From Octopus sinensis (taxonomy: Eukaryota), in assembly GCF_006345805.1 (NCBI RefSeq), contig NC_043006.1:20274001-20338000 (forward strand): a DNA stretch of 64,000 nt. Reading direction: 5' to 3'. The translations under genes were made by a program, and so were the position numbers. Shown piece by piece: positions 26,570 through 37,555 of this stretch (its first letter is position 1; each line of letters starts with the position of its first letter). A model generated the notes under the pieces. That model saw only the letters and a list, made by a program, of their open reading frames with translations. It ran no database searches and had not been told where the DNA came from.

Positions 26570-26916
26570 TCCGTTCGCCAGCCTCGTCTGGCACCTGTGT
26601 CGGTGGCACTTAAAAAACACCATCCAAGCGTGGCTGTTTGCCAGCCTTGTCTGGCACCTGTGTCGGTGGCACATAAAAAACACCATCCGAGCGTGGCCGT
26701 CTGCCAGCCTCGTCTGGCACCTGTGTCGGTGGCACATAAAATCACCCAGTACACTCTCGGAGTGGTTGGCATTAGGAAGGGCATCCAGCTGTAGAAACAC
26801 TGCCAGATCTGACTGGCGTGGTGCAGCCTTCGGGCTCCCTAGACCCCAGTTGAACCGTCCAACCCATGCTAGCATGGAAAGCGGACGTTAAACGATGATG
26901 ATGATGATGATGATGA
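26570..26916 (+). mobile_element. Retroposon family C copy with three 63-bp tandem units
   Basis: Units start at 26577, 26640 and 26703, followed by the core and (GAT)n tail. Confidence 0.9.
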
Positions 26917-27044
26917 ATGAGGCTATAAACCTCGTAGGGAAGCAGGCTTCTTAACCACACATAAGTGTATGTGTGTCTGTTTGTATTTTCTCCCTGTTTT
27001 AATAGTTGCATGCTGATTAAAACCAAAGTCACAATTTACATATT

Positions 27045-27750
27045 TGGTACCATACTATACAATCTTCCAAGAAAACAGGTTCAGTCATTCTGGGTATCTT
27101 GATGGATTCTTCCTTTTCGCCTTCGGCCCAGTGCGTCCATGCTGCCAACAAAGCAGTTCTGTTTTTGATTCAACGGTCATTCGGAATGCTCACAGCAGCC
27201 ATATTCCTACCACTCTATGTCACGCTGGTGAGACCCATATTGGAGTACGGGATTCAAGCCTCTTCTCCTTATCTCCTCAAAGACATACAGCATCTCAAAA
27301 GAGTCCAGAAGCTGGCTACCCGCATGGTTCTTGGTCTCAAGCATTTGTCTTATGAAGAAAGGCTAAAGACGCTCGACCTTTATTCTCTAGAAAAACGACG
27401 ACGCCGTGGTGATCTCATTCTTGCTCACAACATCATAAGCGGAAAGTGTAATCTCTCGAAAGAGCTGTTCTTCACTCCTGCTCCAGAGTGTCAGCTGCGG
27501 GGTCACTCCGAAAAGCTCTATCTGCGACGATTTCATCTCAATTGAAGGAGAGGGGCTTTCTCCGTCCGGGTTGCGGATCCGTGGAATAAGCTGCCAGACG
27601 AGATAGTGAAGATGCTGACAACTGCTCGCTTCAAAGTCTCCCTTGACCACAAATGGCCTGAACTCTTTACATGAACACCACCCTGTACATAACTCCATGT
27701 CCCCCTACATGGCCTTGCTTTTTGAGCCAAAAAATTAACTAACTAACTAA
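27045..27750 (+). pseudogene. 3' end of a second CR1-group LINE family
   Basis: LVRPILEYG..SPY..LKRVQKLATRMV..LSYEERLKTLDLYSLEKRRRRGDLI...RGHSEKL...WNKLP. 3' hairpin CCATGT-ccccct-ACATGG and (CTAA)n tail. Confidence 0.9.
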
Positions 27751-28261
27751 CCGGAAATATTAGCTCGCTTGTGAAGTCGAGTCTTAGTAACAGAAAAACA
27801 TCCAACTATAGAAACATCTGCTTTAGTAAGTTTTCTTGCAAAAACACAGAAAAGTGGTCTTCAAAAATGCGATGAATACATTGTGTCCCCTTCTTTTTGT
27901 GTCATGGGATCAAGGATGCTGGAGGGTTTACCCGCAACCAGTGTGAAAAAAAGATGTCAGATGATAAATGGCATTTATTCAACTGCTCTTCTATGTTGCA
28001 GACAACAGCACCTGGGTTTATGGCTGACAGCTGAAGTGACAAACTTTGCTCTGAGAGCAACATGTATTGTCAATAATGACACATCAGATGAGAGACTTAC
28101 CCCTCTCGGTGAAAAAAGTTTACACTATCTGGACATCTTCCATCACTGCAGTTGAGGACAAGTTCCAACTGTGATGGGAAGGAGACAGCATTGAGGTTCC
28201 TTTTCATGACAATCACCAGTATAATATGGCAAAGGAAACATGGATGACTCTATATAGATAT

Positions 28262-28935
28262 ATGGATTCTCAGAACCTTTAGAACAAGAGAACAAGAAAC
28301 CATGATGGTCCTCTGGAGGACACTTGTCCTAAGCCACTTTGACTATTGCTCTCAGTTATGGTCACCATCCAGTGTCAAGTTGATCACAGAACTTGAGGCG
28401 ATCCAACGTAGCTACACGAAGAAGATAGCCTCTATGCAGAATATAAGCTACTGGGAAAGACTCAAGAGATTAAAACTATATTCCCTGGAGCGTAGGCGGG
28501 AAAGATATGCCATAATATACATCTGGAAGATCCTGGAGGGACTTGTCCCAAACTTTGGTATCGAGAGTTACACAAATGCCAGAACTGGGCGCCACTGCGT
28601 GGTGCCAAGGACTCCAAATTTGCCATCAAGATGTAGGACAAGATACTGTGATAGCCTGGGCTTCCGAGGCCCACAGCTCTTCAATATCCTCCCGAAGAAC
28701 CTAAGAGACCTGCATGGGGTGGATGCAGATGTCTTTAAAATGAAACTGGATCTCTTCCTGTCAGGTATCCCAGATGAACCAACTTCACGGCAGGAGGTGC
28801 AGATGAGGGCAGCTGCATCGAACTCTCTCATGCACCAAATGGCAGTTGCTAAAAAGCTTTCGTGAAGTAAAACCATGTAGCAACACCAAATGGCGGTGCC
28901 CCAGCATGGCCACAGCTCATGAGCTGAAACTAGAA
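28262..28935 (+). pseudogene. 3' end of the same LINE family as copy 2 (copy 3)
   Basis: Open 187-aa RT C-terminus (28302-28865), short 3' UTR and stem-loop at 28913-28926. Closely matches the reverse complement of 22380-23010. Confidence 0.93.
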
Positions 28936-29096
28936 TCAATCAATCAATGTTTTAACGATGCTAACATATTACATGCAGGGATAAGGATTATTAAAAAGAG
29001 CCTAAAAATAATCGTACAGCAATAGCACTTGGGAAAGTGTCTCATACAACCAAAGTCTTGTGAGTGAATTTGGTAGGCAGGGACTGGAGAGCTTAT

Positions 29097-29415
29097 CATC
29101 ATCCTCATCGCTTAACATCCGCTTTCTATGCTAGCATGGGTTGGACGGGTTGACTGGGGTCTGAGAAGCCAGGAGGCTGCACCAGGCTCCAGTCTGATCT
29201 GGCAGTGTTTCTACAGCTGGATGCCCTTCCTAACGCCAACCTCTCTGTGAGTGTAGTGGGTGCTTTTTACATGCCACCAGCACAGGGGCCAAGGGAGGCT
29301 GGCAGCAGCCACGATTAGTTGGTGCTTTTTACGTGCCACCGGCACAGAAGCCAGTCAAGGTGGCGCTGGCATCGGCCACGTTCGGATGATGCTTTTTACG
29401 TGCCACTGGCTCGGG
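29097..29415 (-). mobile_element. Retroposon family C copy with about three 5' units
   Basis: Tail, core and units as in the other copies. Confidence 0.85.
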
Positions 29416-29447
29416 TATCACAACTACAATTTCCATTTGATATTATC

Positions 29448-29449
<2 letters not shown>

Positions 29450-29483
<34 letters not shown>

Positions 29484-29875
29484 AATTATTGTATACAGTG
29501 CTCAGGTGCACCACAGCTTGTCAGAAAGTGCATATAAAGTATATGCAGTAATGTACAAATGTCTGGAAAGTGAACAGTGTATGAGTCAGATACATGGTTG
29601 TGTGTGTATGGAGGGGAGAAAATCAGGTGTAGTGTTGGCGAATCTCAGAAAGCATGGAAGTTTTGAAGGATGCCATGCTCCAACAACTAACAACTGATGC
29701 CGGCAGTCTATTCCATACTTCAGCAACTCTTGGCGTGAAAAACTGTTTCCGAAAGTCATGGGAGGTGTGCTGTTTTCTGACTTTGTAAACATGTCCACGG
29801 GTAGTAGACAGGTGGAGTTTGAAAAGGTGCTCAGAGTTATTGTTTAGTAAGATGGTTAGTAATTTTATATATTGA
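29450..29875 (-). mobile_element. LINE family D 3' end
   Basis: NNSEHLFKLHLSTTRGHVYKVRKQH...RVAEVWNRLP, 3' UTR, (ATT)n tail. Confidence 0.85.
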
Positions 29876-30304
29876 TACAAGCGTGTTTTGGTTTGTATTA
29901 GCATTTTGTCTGATGGTGTTTTCAGGAGTTCATCAACTCTTCCCCACTTGTCAGAATATAGTAGTCTTGTACAATTTTCCTTTGTATACGTGTAGCACTG
30001 ATGGTCATACATCTAGAAGGAATTTTCTAGTTTCTGCAGAAGTAGGAAATTTAAGTTACCGCCTCTTGTGAGAAGTGCATTTATACATAATGGTTTTTCA
30101 TTCAGAGTTAGTCTTTTTCTCTTTTCTAAACATCATAACACCTTGTTTTACAATATCATTTTTGTACTAGAAAGGTCTTACCTTTCAGATATTGCACCGA
30201 ACGTACAGTCCATTGGCTAACTACCCTCAAAAGGTGTCATACATTTTTTGTTCTTGCTTTTGCTGTTGATGACAACATTCTTTTGTTTTTGTTCTCACTC
30301 TTGC

Positions 30305-30672
30305 TGCAGTTGTTGCTATTGAGCGAACGGTCTTCGTCCCAGAGCTCGCAAGATGGGAGAAGTCCGAAACGTGGTCCTTTGCTATTCGTAAGACCCGCAG
30401 AAGAGAAAGCAGGTCAACCCCCGACACCGAGAGCATCAACGGATGGATGAATGCGCATCCAGGCTCAGCGGTTACGTAGGAAGTCGGGGACAAGAAACAG
30501 GAAGAAAGAGTGAGAGAAAGAGTACAACAGGGGTCACCACTACCCCCTGCCGGAGCCTCGTGGAGCTTTAGGTGTTTTCGCTCAATAAACACACAACGCA
30601 CGGTCTGGGAATCGAAACTGCGATCTTCTGACCGCGAGTCCTCTGCCCCAACCATTGGGCCATTGCGCCTCC
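30305..30672 (-). mobile_element. SINE family E with tRNA-Arg-like head and an atypical structured 3' module
   Basis: Head ggcgcaatggcccaatgg...tcagaagatcgcagtttcgattcc (A and B boxes, tRNA-Arg-like variable and T arms). E body, then a unique GC-rich segment and an AATAGCAACAAC tail. Confidence 0.75.
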
Positions 30673-31028
30673 ACTGCTGCTGTTGTTCAGGTTGTGACCA
30701 TTGTTGTTTCTCAATGGGCTTTTATCAGCCAAAACAATTGACAAAACTCTTAAAACTTATGGAGCTCAAAGTTTCAAAGTATTGTAACCATAATAATAAT
30801 AATAATAATGAGTTCAAATTTTAGCACAAGGCCAGCAATTTTGGGGAAGGAGTAAGTTGATTATGTCAACCCTTGTACTCAACTGGTACTCATTTTAGCA
30901 ACCTCAAAAGGATGAAAGGTAAAATTGACTTCAGCAGAATTTGAACTCAGAACATAAAGATGAATGAAATGCTGCCAAGTTTTTTTTACCCAGAATGTTA
31001 ATGATTCTGCCACCTTGGTACCTTAATC

Positions 31029-31268
31029 ATCATCATCGTTTAAAGTCCGTTTTCCATGCTAGCATGGGTTGGACGGTTCAACTGGGGTCTGGGAAGCCAG
31101 GAGGCTGCGCCAGGCCCAGTCTGATCTGGCAGTGTTTCTACGGCTGGATGCCCTTCCTAACGCCAACCACTCCGAGAGTGTAGTGGGTGCTTTTTATGTG
31201 CCACCTGCACAGGTGCCAGACGAGGCTGGCAAACGGCCACGATCAGTTGGTGCTTTTTATGTGCCATT
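31029..31268 (-). mobile_element. Retroposon family C copy
   Basis: Tail, core and 1.5 units. Confidence 0.85.
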
Positions 31269-31964
31269 GTGATTAGTTAAATGAACATTTTTAGTGAATA
31301 ATTTTACTACAGGTATCACAACAATCTGACTTCTCACCTGTGTGAATATGTGTGTGTGACAAGCTTAAGTGCTATTTCCAGAAAATGATTTACATATATA
31401 ACAGTGATAAAGGCGGCGAACTGGCAGAAACGTTAGCACGCCGGGCGCATAATGATAATAACAACAGATAAGACACAAATATTCAGTTTGTCCTGTCTAC
31501 AGCGATTATGTAGAAGGATGGTTTATTAAAATATGAACATTAGATTAAAATAGAACGACAAACTATCAGAACATCACAGATGTGTTTAATAGTCAGAAAT
31601 TTAGAAGGCTTAAAGCAATGATTAATATCTGTCTTCTGCTGACAGACTTTACAAACTGAACTTGGCAATATTACATTACTTCTGTCTCGTGGTGGGTGGG
31701 AAAACAGGTAATAATAAGAAGAACAACAATAAGAATAATTTAATAATAATAATAATAATAAAAATATCAATACTAATTGTAGTTTCTTACGTAGAATTAA
31801 AATTTGAGATTTGTCATTCAAAGAATGGTTAGAAGAGATTTTGTGAAGCCAATGCCATTCTCAATGGCATTGGTGTAATATAGGTGACAGTTTCTTCAAA
31901 TGGGGAATCAAAATTCACTTGTTGACTCAGTTGGCCAAAAACTTGTTGCTACACCAGACTTCAC

Positions 31965-31999
<35 letters not shown>

Positions 32000-32019
32000 T
32001 AATAATGGTCTCTTAGGTA

Positions 32020-32460
32020 AGAGGCCAGAAATTTTAAGGAGAGGGAGTTAGTCGATACCATCAACCCCAGTGCTTGACCGGTACTTTATTTTAGCGACCC
32101 CGGAGGGATGAAAGGTAAAGTTGACCCTGGTGAGATTTGAACCCAGAACATAAGAAGTTTGAAAAAAAATACAAGATATTTTAGCCAACTTTCTAATGAT
32201 TCTGACAATCCACAGTTCTAATACTAATAGTAATAATGGTTTCTGATTTAGGCACAGAGGCCAGTAATTTTGAGAGGAAGGGGCAAAGTCGATACCATCG
32301 ACACCCAGTACTTGACTGACTGGTACTTATTTTATCAATCTCTGGAGAGATGAAAGGCAAAGTCGACCTGGGTGGGATTTGAACTCAGAACCACATATAA
32401 AGAGCTGGAACAAATACGGCAAGGTATCTTTTGTCTGATGCTCTAATAATTCTGCCAATC
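32020..32460 (-). mobile_element. Two decayed B-like SINE relics
   Basis: Diverged matches to gatgaaaggcaaagtcgacc..gatttgaactcagaac. Similar relics at ~3795-3990, ~4215-4430, ~13540-13750, ~30830-31010 and ~52040-52200. Confidence 0.7.
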
Positions 32461-32750
32461 CACAACCCTTATTAAAATGATAATAATAATAATATTATTA
32501 TTAATAATAATAATGATAATACTTTTTACAAATAATAAATAATTATAAGTTTAAAAAGAAATAAAGAATACTGAAAGGAATTTGGGTGAGATAATAAATC
32601 TCTACCAATTTTTTTTTTCTTTTCTTTGCTGTTTTCCTTAATTTAGTTTTCCAAATTGAATAAGTAAACAAAGAAAGAAATCTGGGGGGTGGTGGGTTGG
32701 GGAGAGAGGGAAGGTTAAGGAATGAAAAAGTAGAAAAAAATATAGATATA

Positions 32751-32793
<43 letters not shown>

Positions 32794-33109
32794 ACTGGTG
32801 ACAAAAGAAAGGAAGAAATGACAGCTGAATAACAATAATAATAATAATAAAAAAAACACACACACACACTTCACAAGTACAAGCAACCACCCTGAATAGC
32901 CACTACGATATCATATGTGTTCATGGACAACCTAACAGAAGCTGGTTATGGGTATATACTTTTTTTTTTACAAATTATACATTAAGATTAGTGGAAAAAG
33001 AATGTCCATGAATATATAAACCAAATTTCTGTAAGATGTACATCTATGTACATGCATCAAGTATATATATATATAAGCTGTACACCATGTATGTACATAT
33101 TTTAGGGTT

Positions 33110-36100
33110 ATTTAATATACATTATGTGTGTACATGTATCAATGTTGATACAAGATACACATTATGGGGTACCATAAAGTTAGATATAAGTATTTTCTTC
33201 CCATTAGTATTTATTGTAACTTAAAAGATAAGTCCCAACATTAGATTAGTAGAAATTTTTTCAGTTGTTCAGCACTCAAAATACACAGAATAATTTTTTT
33301 CCCCCAACTTTTTTTTAATTGTTTATATTTAAATATTAATTTTGCCATGGCTACCCCCACCTCTAACCGCACCCGTTCCCTAACCCCTCTGGCTCAATTG
33401 AAACATTCTATTCCCCCCATCCCGGAGTCTTCAATTAGGAATCAAACAAACAACTAGCATGGAATACAGATAATAAAAAGAGTCATAACAGTCAGAGCTG
33501 TATGTAAATATACGTTGGGTGTTATGGACTGAATGAAGTGGCCTTTGTCAGACTAACGAAGGACTTACAATATTTAGAAGACAAGATTAATTCTATGGAC
33601 AAACATAACGACATAATACTTGGTGAGACCAGTTGCCATGAAAAATCTTTCCTCACTAACAATATCACACATACACACACACACACACACACACCATAAA
33701 TGAGAAACATCTGACGTAGGCTGCTGTTTAAATTTTTTCTTTAACCATAATTCAATTGGTGATGAATGCATCATTGTTATGGCAGGCTAGAGCAGAGGTT
33801 TGGGGCGGTGTCGTTCAAGATAAAATAAAATAAAATGAACTAAAAAAAAAAAAAAAAGTAGGTTTGTCAACATGGGAATGAAAGATTTCCAAATTCAAGT
33901 AGTTTCACTGCTCATTTCATATTCAGATACTTAAAAAAAAAAAAAAAAAAAAAAAGGGTAATCCAAAATCACATTGAAAATTGAAAAAGGAACAAAACCA
34001 GTACTGTTTTAGTCACCATGTTGGCTGTTAGTTTGTCATCTGCTTAAATTCTTTCATTAACAACGGTAACTTGTTTGGTTATCTTCATACTAGGCGGATT
34101 AAATTGCGTGTATGTTTGTGCGTGCACGCATGAGTGTGTAGTTTCAAACCATCAGAGCAATATAATACATTTTACTTTATCTTGCTTTTTTTTTTTGGGG
34201 AAAAGAAAACATTAAATGAGAATATAATTTATAATGAATGAATATGTAATTGATTTAAAGGAAGGTAAAAAAAAAACAAACAAACAAACAAAAAAAAATC
34301 CCATATCATTCACCTTTGTTTGTCACCAAGAAATATAAATTGGGGGTGGGGGGACTAGACAAAGCACACAGCCTTAAAAAAAGTTGACCTTCAATCAAGT
34401 CAAAAGTTGGAAAGTGAGGGATGGATAAAGAAGAATAAGCATATGTGGTGTTTGTAGGGGGGTGAAAAATGTTGTATATACAATGACAAGAAGAGATATG
34501 GGTTGGGGAAGTGAAAGGAAACGGGAGGCAACAAGGGCCAAAAATTAAAAGATTTAAAATTAGAAAGAATTTCCATAGGAACTGATAAAACACCAGTTTT
34601 GTCAATGAAAGGAAAGAAGAAAAAAGTTTAAAGAAGACGACTCTAAGTCACTTTTTTTTAATCTTTCTTTTTTTCTTTTTACATTTTTCGCTTTTTTTAA
34701 ATCTTTTTTTTGTTTTTGTTTTGTTTTTTTTTCATATATATATATATATATCACAGGGATTGCCTTTCTAGGTAGACTAGTATTGTTACGGTTGCAGACT
34801 TGCAAGGAAGCAATTTGACCAACTTCAACTAACACATTGCTGTGTCGAACATGTCTCTCAGTTAAAGTACTATCTCAAAGCAGCTACAATTTACACAACA
34901 GACACACACAGAGAGATGTCAAACAGTTGATAAGTATTAAAAGACAATAAAAATACACTCGGTACCACGGTCCTAGGCTATGGAAATTTTAGAGAAAATA
35001 TGCCAAGTTTTACTGTTTTATAAATATACCAGACACAGCATTTTCTAAGATGGAATTAAATATTTCTGTGTAGAAAAAGAAAAGAAAAAAAACAACTATT
35101 TGATACAAGCGATGGCAGTTGTCATGAAATTCTTCATTCCAAAAACTAGAATAAGTATCTTTCTGCCAAACACATTGTCCTACTAATCATAGGAAAGTTC
35201 TAGATCATTTCTGTTTTTTTTTACATCTCAGACAGAAATATTTCTGAGATTACTGACTGATGATAGACACTGAAATAATTGACCCAACAATGATAATTTC
35301 TCAACAAAAGCCCCATGGGGAAAAATATAAATTGAAAAAAAAAAAAAAAAATAAGAGAGACAACAGCACAAATTTCATTGACCAAAATAGTGAGTCAATG
35401 GCTGATGCAGAATAAAACCAGATATCTGGGCATAAGTTGAGTTAGTACTGAGATTAATTGATATTTATAATTCACTGTGGCTGTAGAATTTCATTAAGTT
35501 TGACAAGAAAGAAGAGGGGAAAGAAATTAGAAAAGAAAACAGTTTAAATGCACAATCTTACAGGTAAAAAGTAACACAAATTGACAGAAATACTGACATG
35601 AAAGATTAGGGCAAGTTGGCGTTTTCAAAACTGCACTCTGTACATCATGTATGTGTGGGATCTATCGCTAGCAAAATATCACAACCACTTGACAGAATGG
35701 ACAGACAACAGCTGAAGTTAACCAAATATGAAATGTTATGCTTGGTGGAAGTGGTGGTGGTAGGGGGTGAGTTGTTTTGGTGTTGCATGTAGCGGGGGGG
35801 GGGGGGGCGAGATGTTAGAAAATAGTTGGTCAGAGAATAACAAAAAAAAAAAAAAAAAGGAGGGAAATAAAAAATAAATAATCACTGAATGAAACACAAA
35901 ATATGGTGGTATTGGAGAGGGTGTTAAAATTTTGAAGAAAAAAAAAAATTTGTTAATGAGAATAACAGAAGAAAAACATTATTTAGAGTCAGAGAAGAGA
36001 ATAATTGGAAAAAAAAAAAAAAATTAAATACAACTCAAATACTGAAGGATAATATTAAAAAGTCAAAGTTGGTCTCATGAGAAATAATTTTGTCTTTTGT

Positions 36101-36522
36101 TTTTCGCTTTTTTTTTCTTCTTCAACTTATTCCTTTTATAATATTTTAGTGGAGTTGAAACGCTATTCATTGTGGGTATTGTAATTTCCAATAAATCGTT
36201 TTTTTGTTTTTTTTTTGAGCTCTGTTTTTAGTGAGGAGTGGGACATTTTTTTAATCACATTTCTTGTTTAGGATGGGGTGAGGGTTTTTGAAAATGTTAT
36301 CATCAGTTTATATAATTTATATATTTTTCTTCAATTCATATTTAAAGCTTTGTGGTTGTGTTAGTCTTTCTCCTTTTTAAATCTTTGATTCTTGAGTCGA
36401 GAAAACTTTCTAAATTACTATATACATCCCTTCAAACAACAGCATCATGCTATGATGGGAGCAAGTTTTCACTTACATGTGAACGGTGCAAGGGGAAGCA
36501 GCAGTGAATTAATCCTCCATTC
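33110..36522 (-). other. MAST: Putative long MAST 3' UTR
   Basis: Continues from the stop codon. U-rich on the mRNA strand and free of the SINE families. AATAAA (33215-33210) and ATTAAA (33116-33111) on the - strand. End uncertain. Confidence 0.45.
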
Positions 36523-37473
36523 TCACAAAGATTCACTGACTGACTGTTTCTCCTGCCAAGGACTTTTCCTGAGATGAGTCTTCTCTGCTGTGTTGGGATG
36601 CAGTCGTTCTGGAGATAGTGTACATCGCAACAGAGGTGACCCAGGCTCACAGCTTTTGGGCCTTGTGAAAGATCTGCGTGAGGCTGTGTGGGGTACAGGA
36701 GAACCGGAAGCAGTAAGTTGAGCTGGGTATGTGTGCTGTACTGTGTTAGAACTGCCAGCATGATGTCCCTGTGTGAAAGCAAGTGGGCTGGGGCTCCGTG
36801 TGGGAGATGTTGCCATTGGAGATGGGGAAGGAGTCCTTGCTAAAGGTGAGAGGGGAATGTTGTGCACAGATTTACGCCGATGGGGGGATTTCATACTCTG
36901 AGCACGTTTGTGGTGTTTCAGGCCATGCAAGGAGCTAGGCCGGCCATAGTGGGAGGAAGTGGCTGGGGAACTTGGCCCGCTAGAGCTGGGTGAGCTACTG
37001 GTAGAAGAACTTCCAGCAGCGGACTCTGGTGTTGACCATGGCATATTGATTGGTAGAGAACGAGCAGACCTCGGCAAGTTTGGTGAACTTTCAGCTGAAG
37101 ACAGAGACTTGCTGAGAGGACTGAATGTTCTGTTGGCGCTCATTGGTGAGCCAGGGTGTATATGTTGCTCAGCCTTCTTACTCAATTTTCGGAACAATGA
37201 CCGTCCTTTCTTCTTCTCACCACTTTTCTCTCGTTTCTTGTGACAAATACGACGTGCCATTTTCCCAGGATTGCTTCGATGCCTTCGCGTTCCAGTTTTA
37301 ATGGTTGTGTTTTCCAACGGCACGGACCGGATCTGCAGAACATTCCCACCACTGAGAATGAGCTGCACAACCTGGGTGTGCAACAGACTTTGGATACATT
37401 CATCATTGATATGAGTTATCAGACAACCAGGACGTAAACCAGCTTCAAAAGCAGGACCACTTGTCTCAACCGC
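36523..37473 (-). CDS. MAST: MAST kinase terminal exon (PDZ C-terminal half plus Ser/Pro-rich tail)
   Basis: TTGCAG acceptor, phase 0. AVETSGPAFEAGLRPGCLITHIN...PLENTTIK and RPSSLHGL, RRKSVHNIPLSPLARTPSP, RPKSCEP match MAST conserved blocks. Ends at a stop codon. Confidence 0.96.
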   Translation of the reverse strand, partial: AVETSGPAFEAGLRPGCLITHINDECIQSLLHTQVVQLILSGGNVLQIRSVPLENTTIKTGTRRHRSNPGKMARRICHKKREKSGEKKKGRSLFRKLSKKAEQHIHPGSPMSANRTFSPLSKSLSSAESSPNLPRSARSLPINMPWSTPESAAGSSSTSSSPSSSGPSSPATSSHYGRPSSLHGLKHHKRAQSMKSPHRRKSVHNIPLSPLARTPSPSPMATSPTRSPSPLAFTQGHHAGSSNTVQHTYPAQLTASGSPVPHTASRRSFTRPKSCEPGSPLLRCTLSPERLHPNTAEKTHLRKSPWQEKQSVSESL

Positions 37474-37555
37474 CTGCAACAGAAAGGATCAAAATATTAC
37501 ATTTAGTTAAAGATTGAAATGTTTAGCAAAAATATATACAACTGTAAGAGCTTAA

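Noticed and set aside
26577-26740. 63-bp repeats as a CRISPR array
   Set aside because: Units are contiguous with no unique spacers, there are no cas genes, the context is eukaryotic, and they are part of retroposon C.
30335-30378. Hammerhead on the + strand (gga-gaag-tcc-gaaac)
   Set aside because: The upstream core reads CAAGATG rather than CUGANGA, and stems I and III are not formed.
30601-30672. tRNA gene (also the heads of SINE A and B)
   Set aside because: A and B boxes are present, but the acceptor and anticodon stems do not close and the sequence runs into a SINE body.
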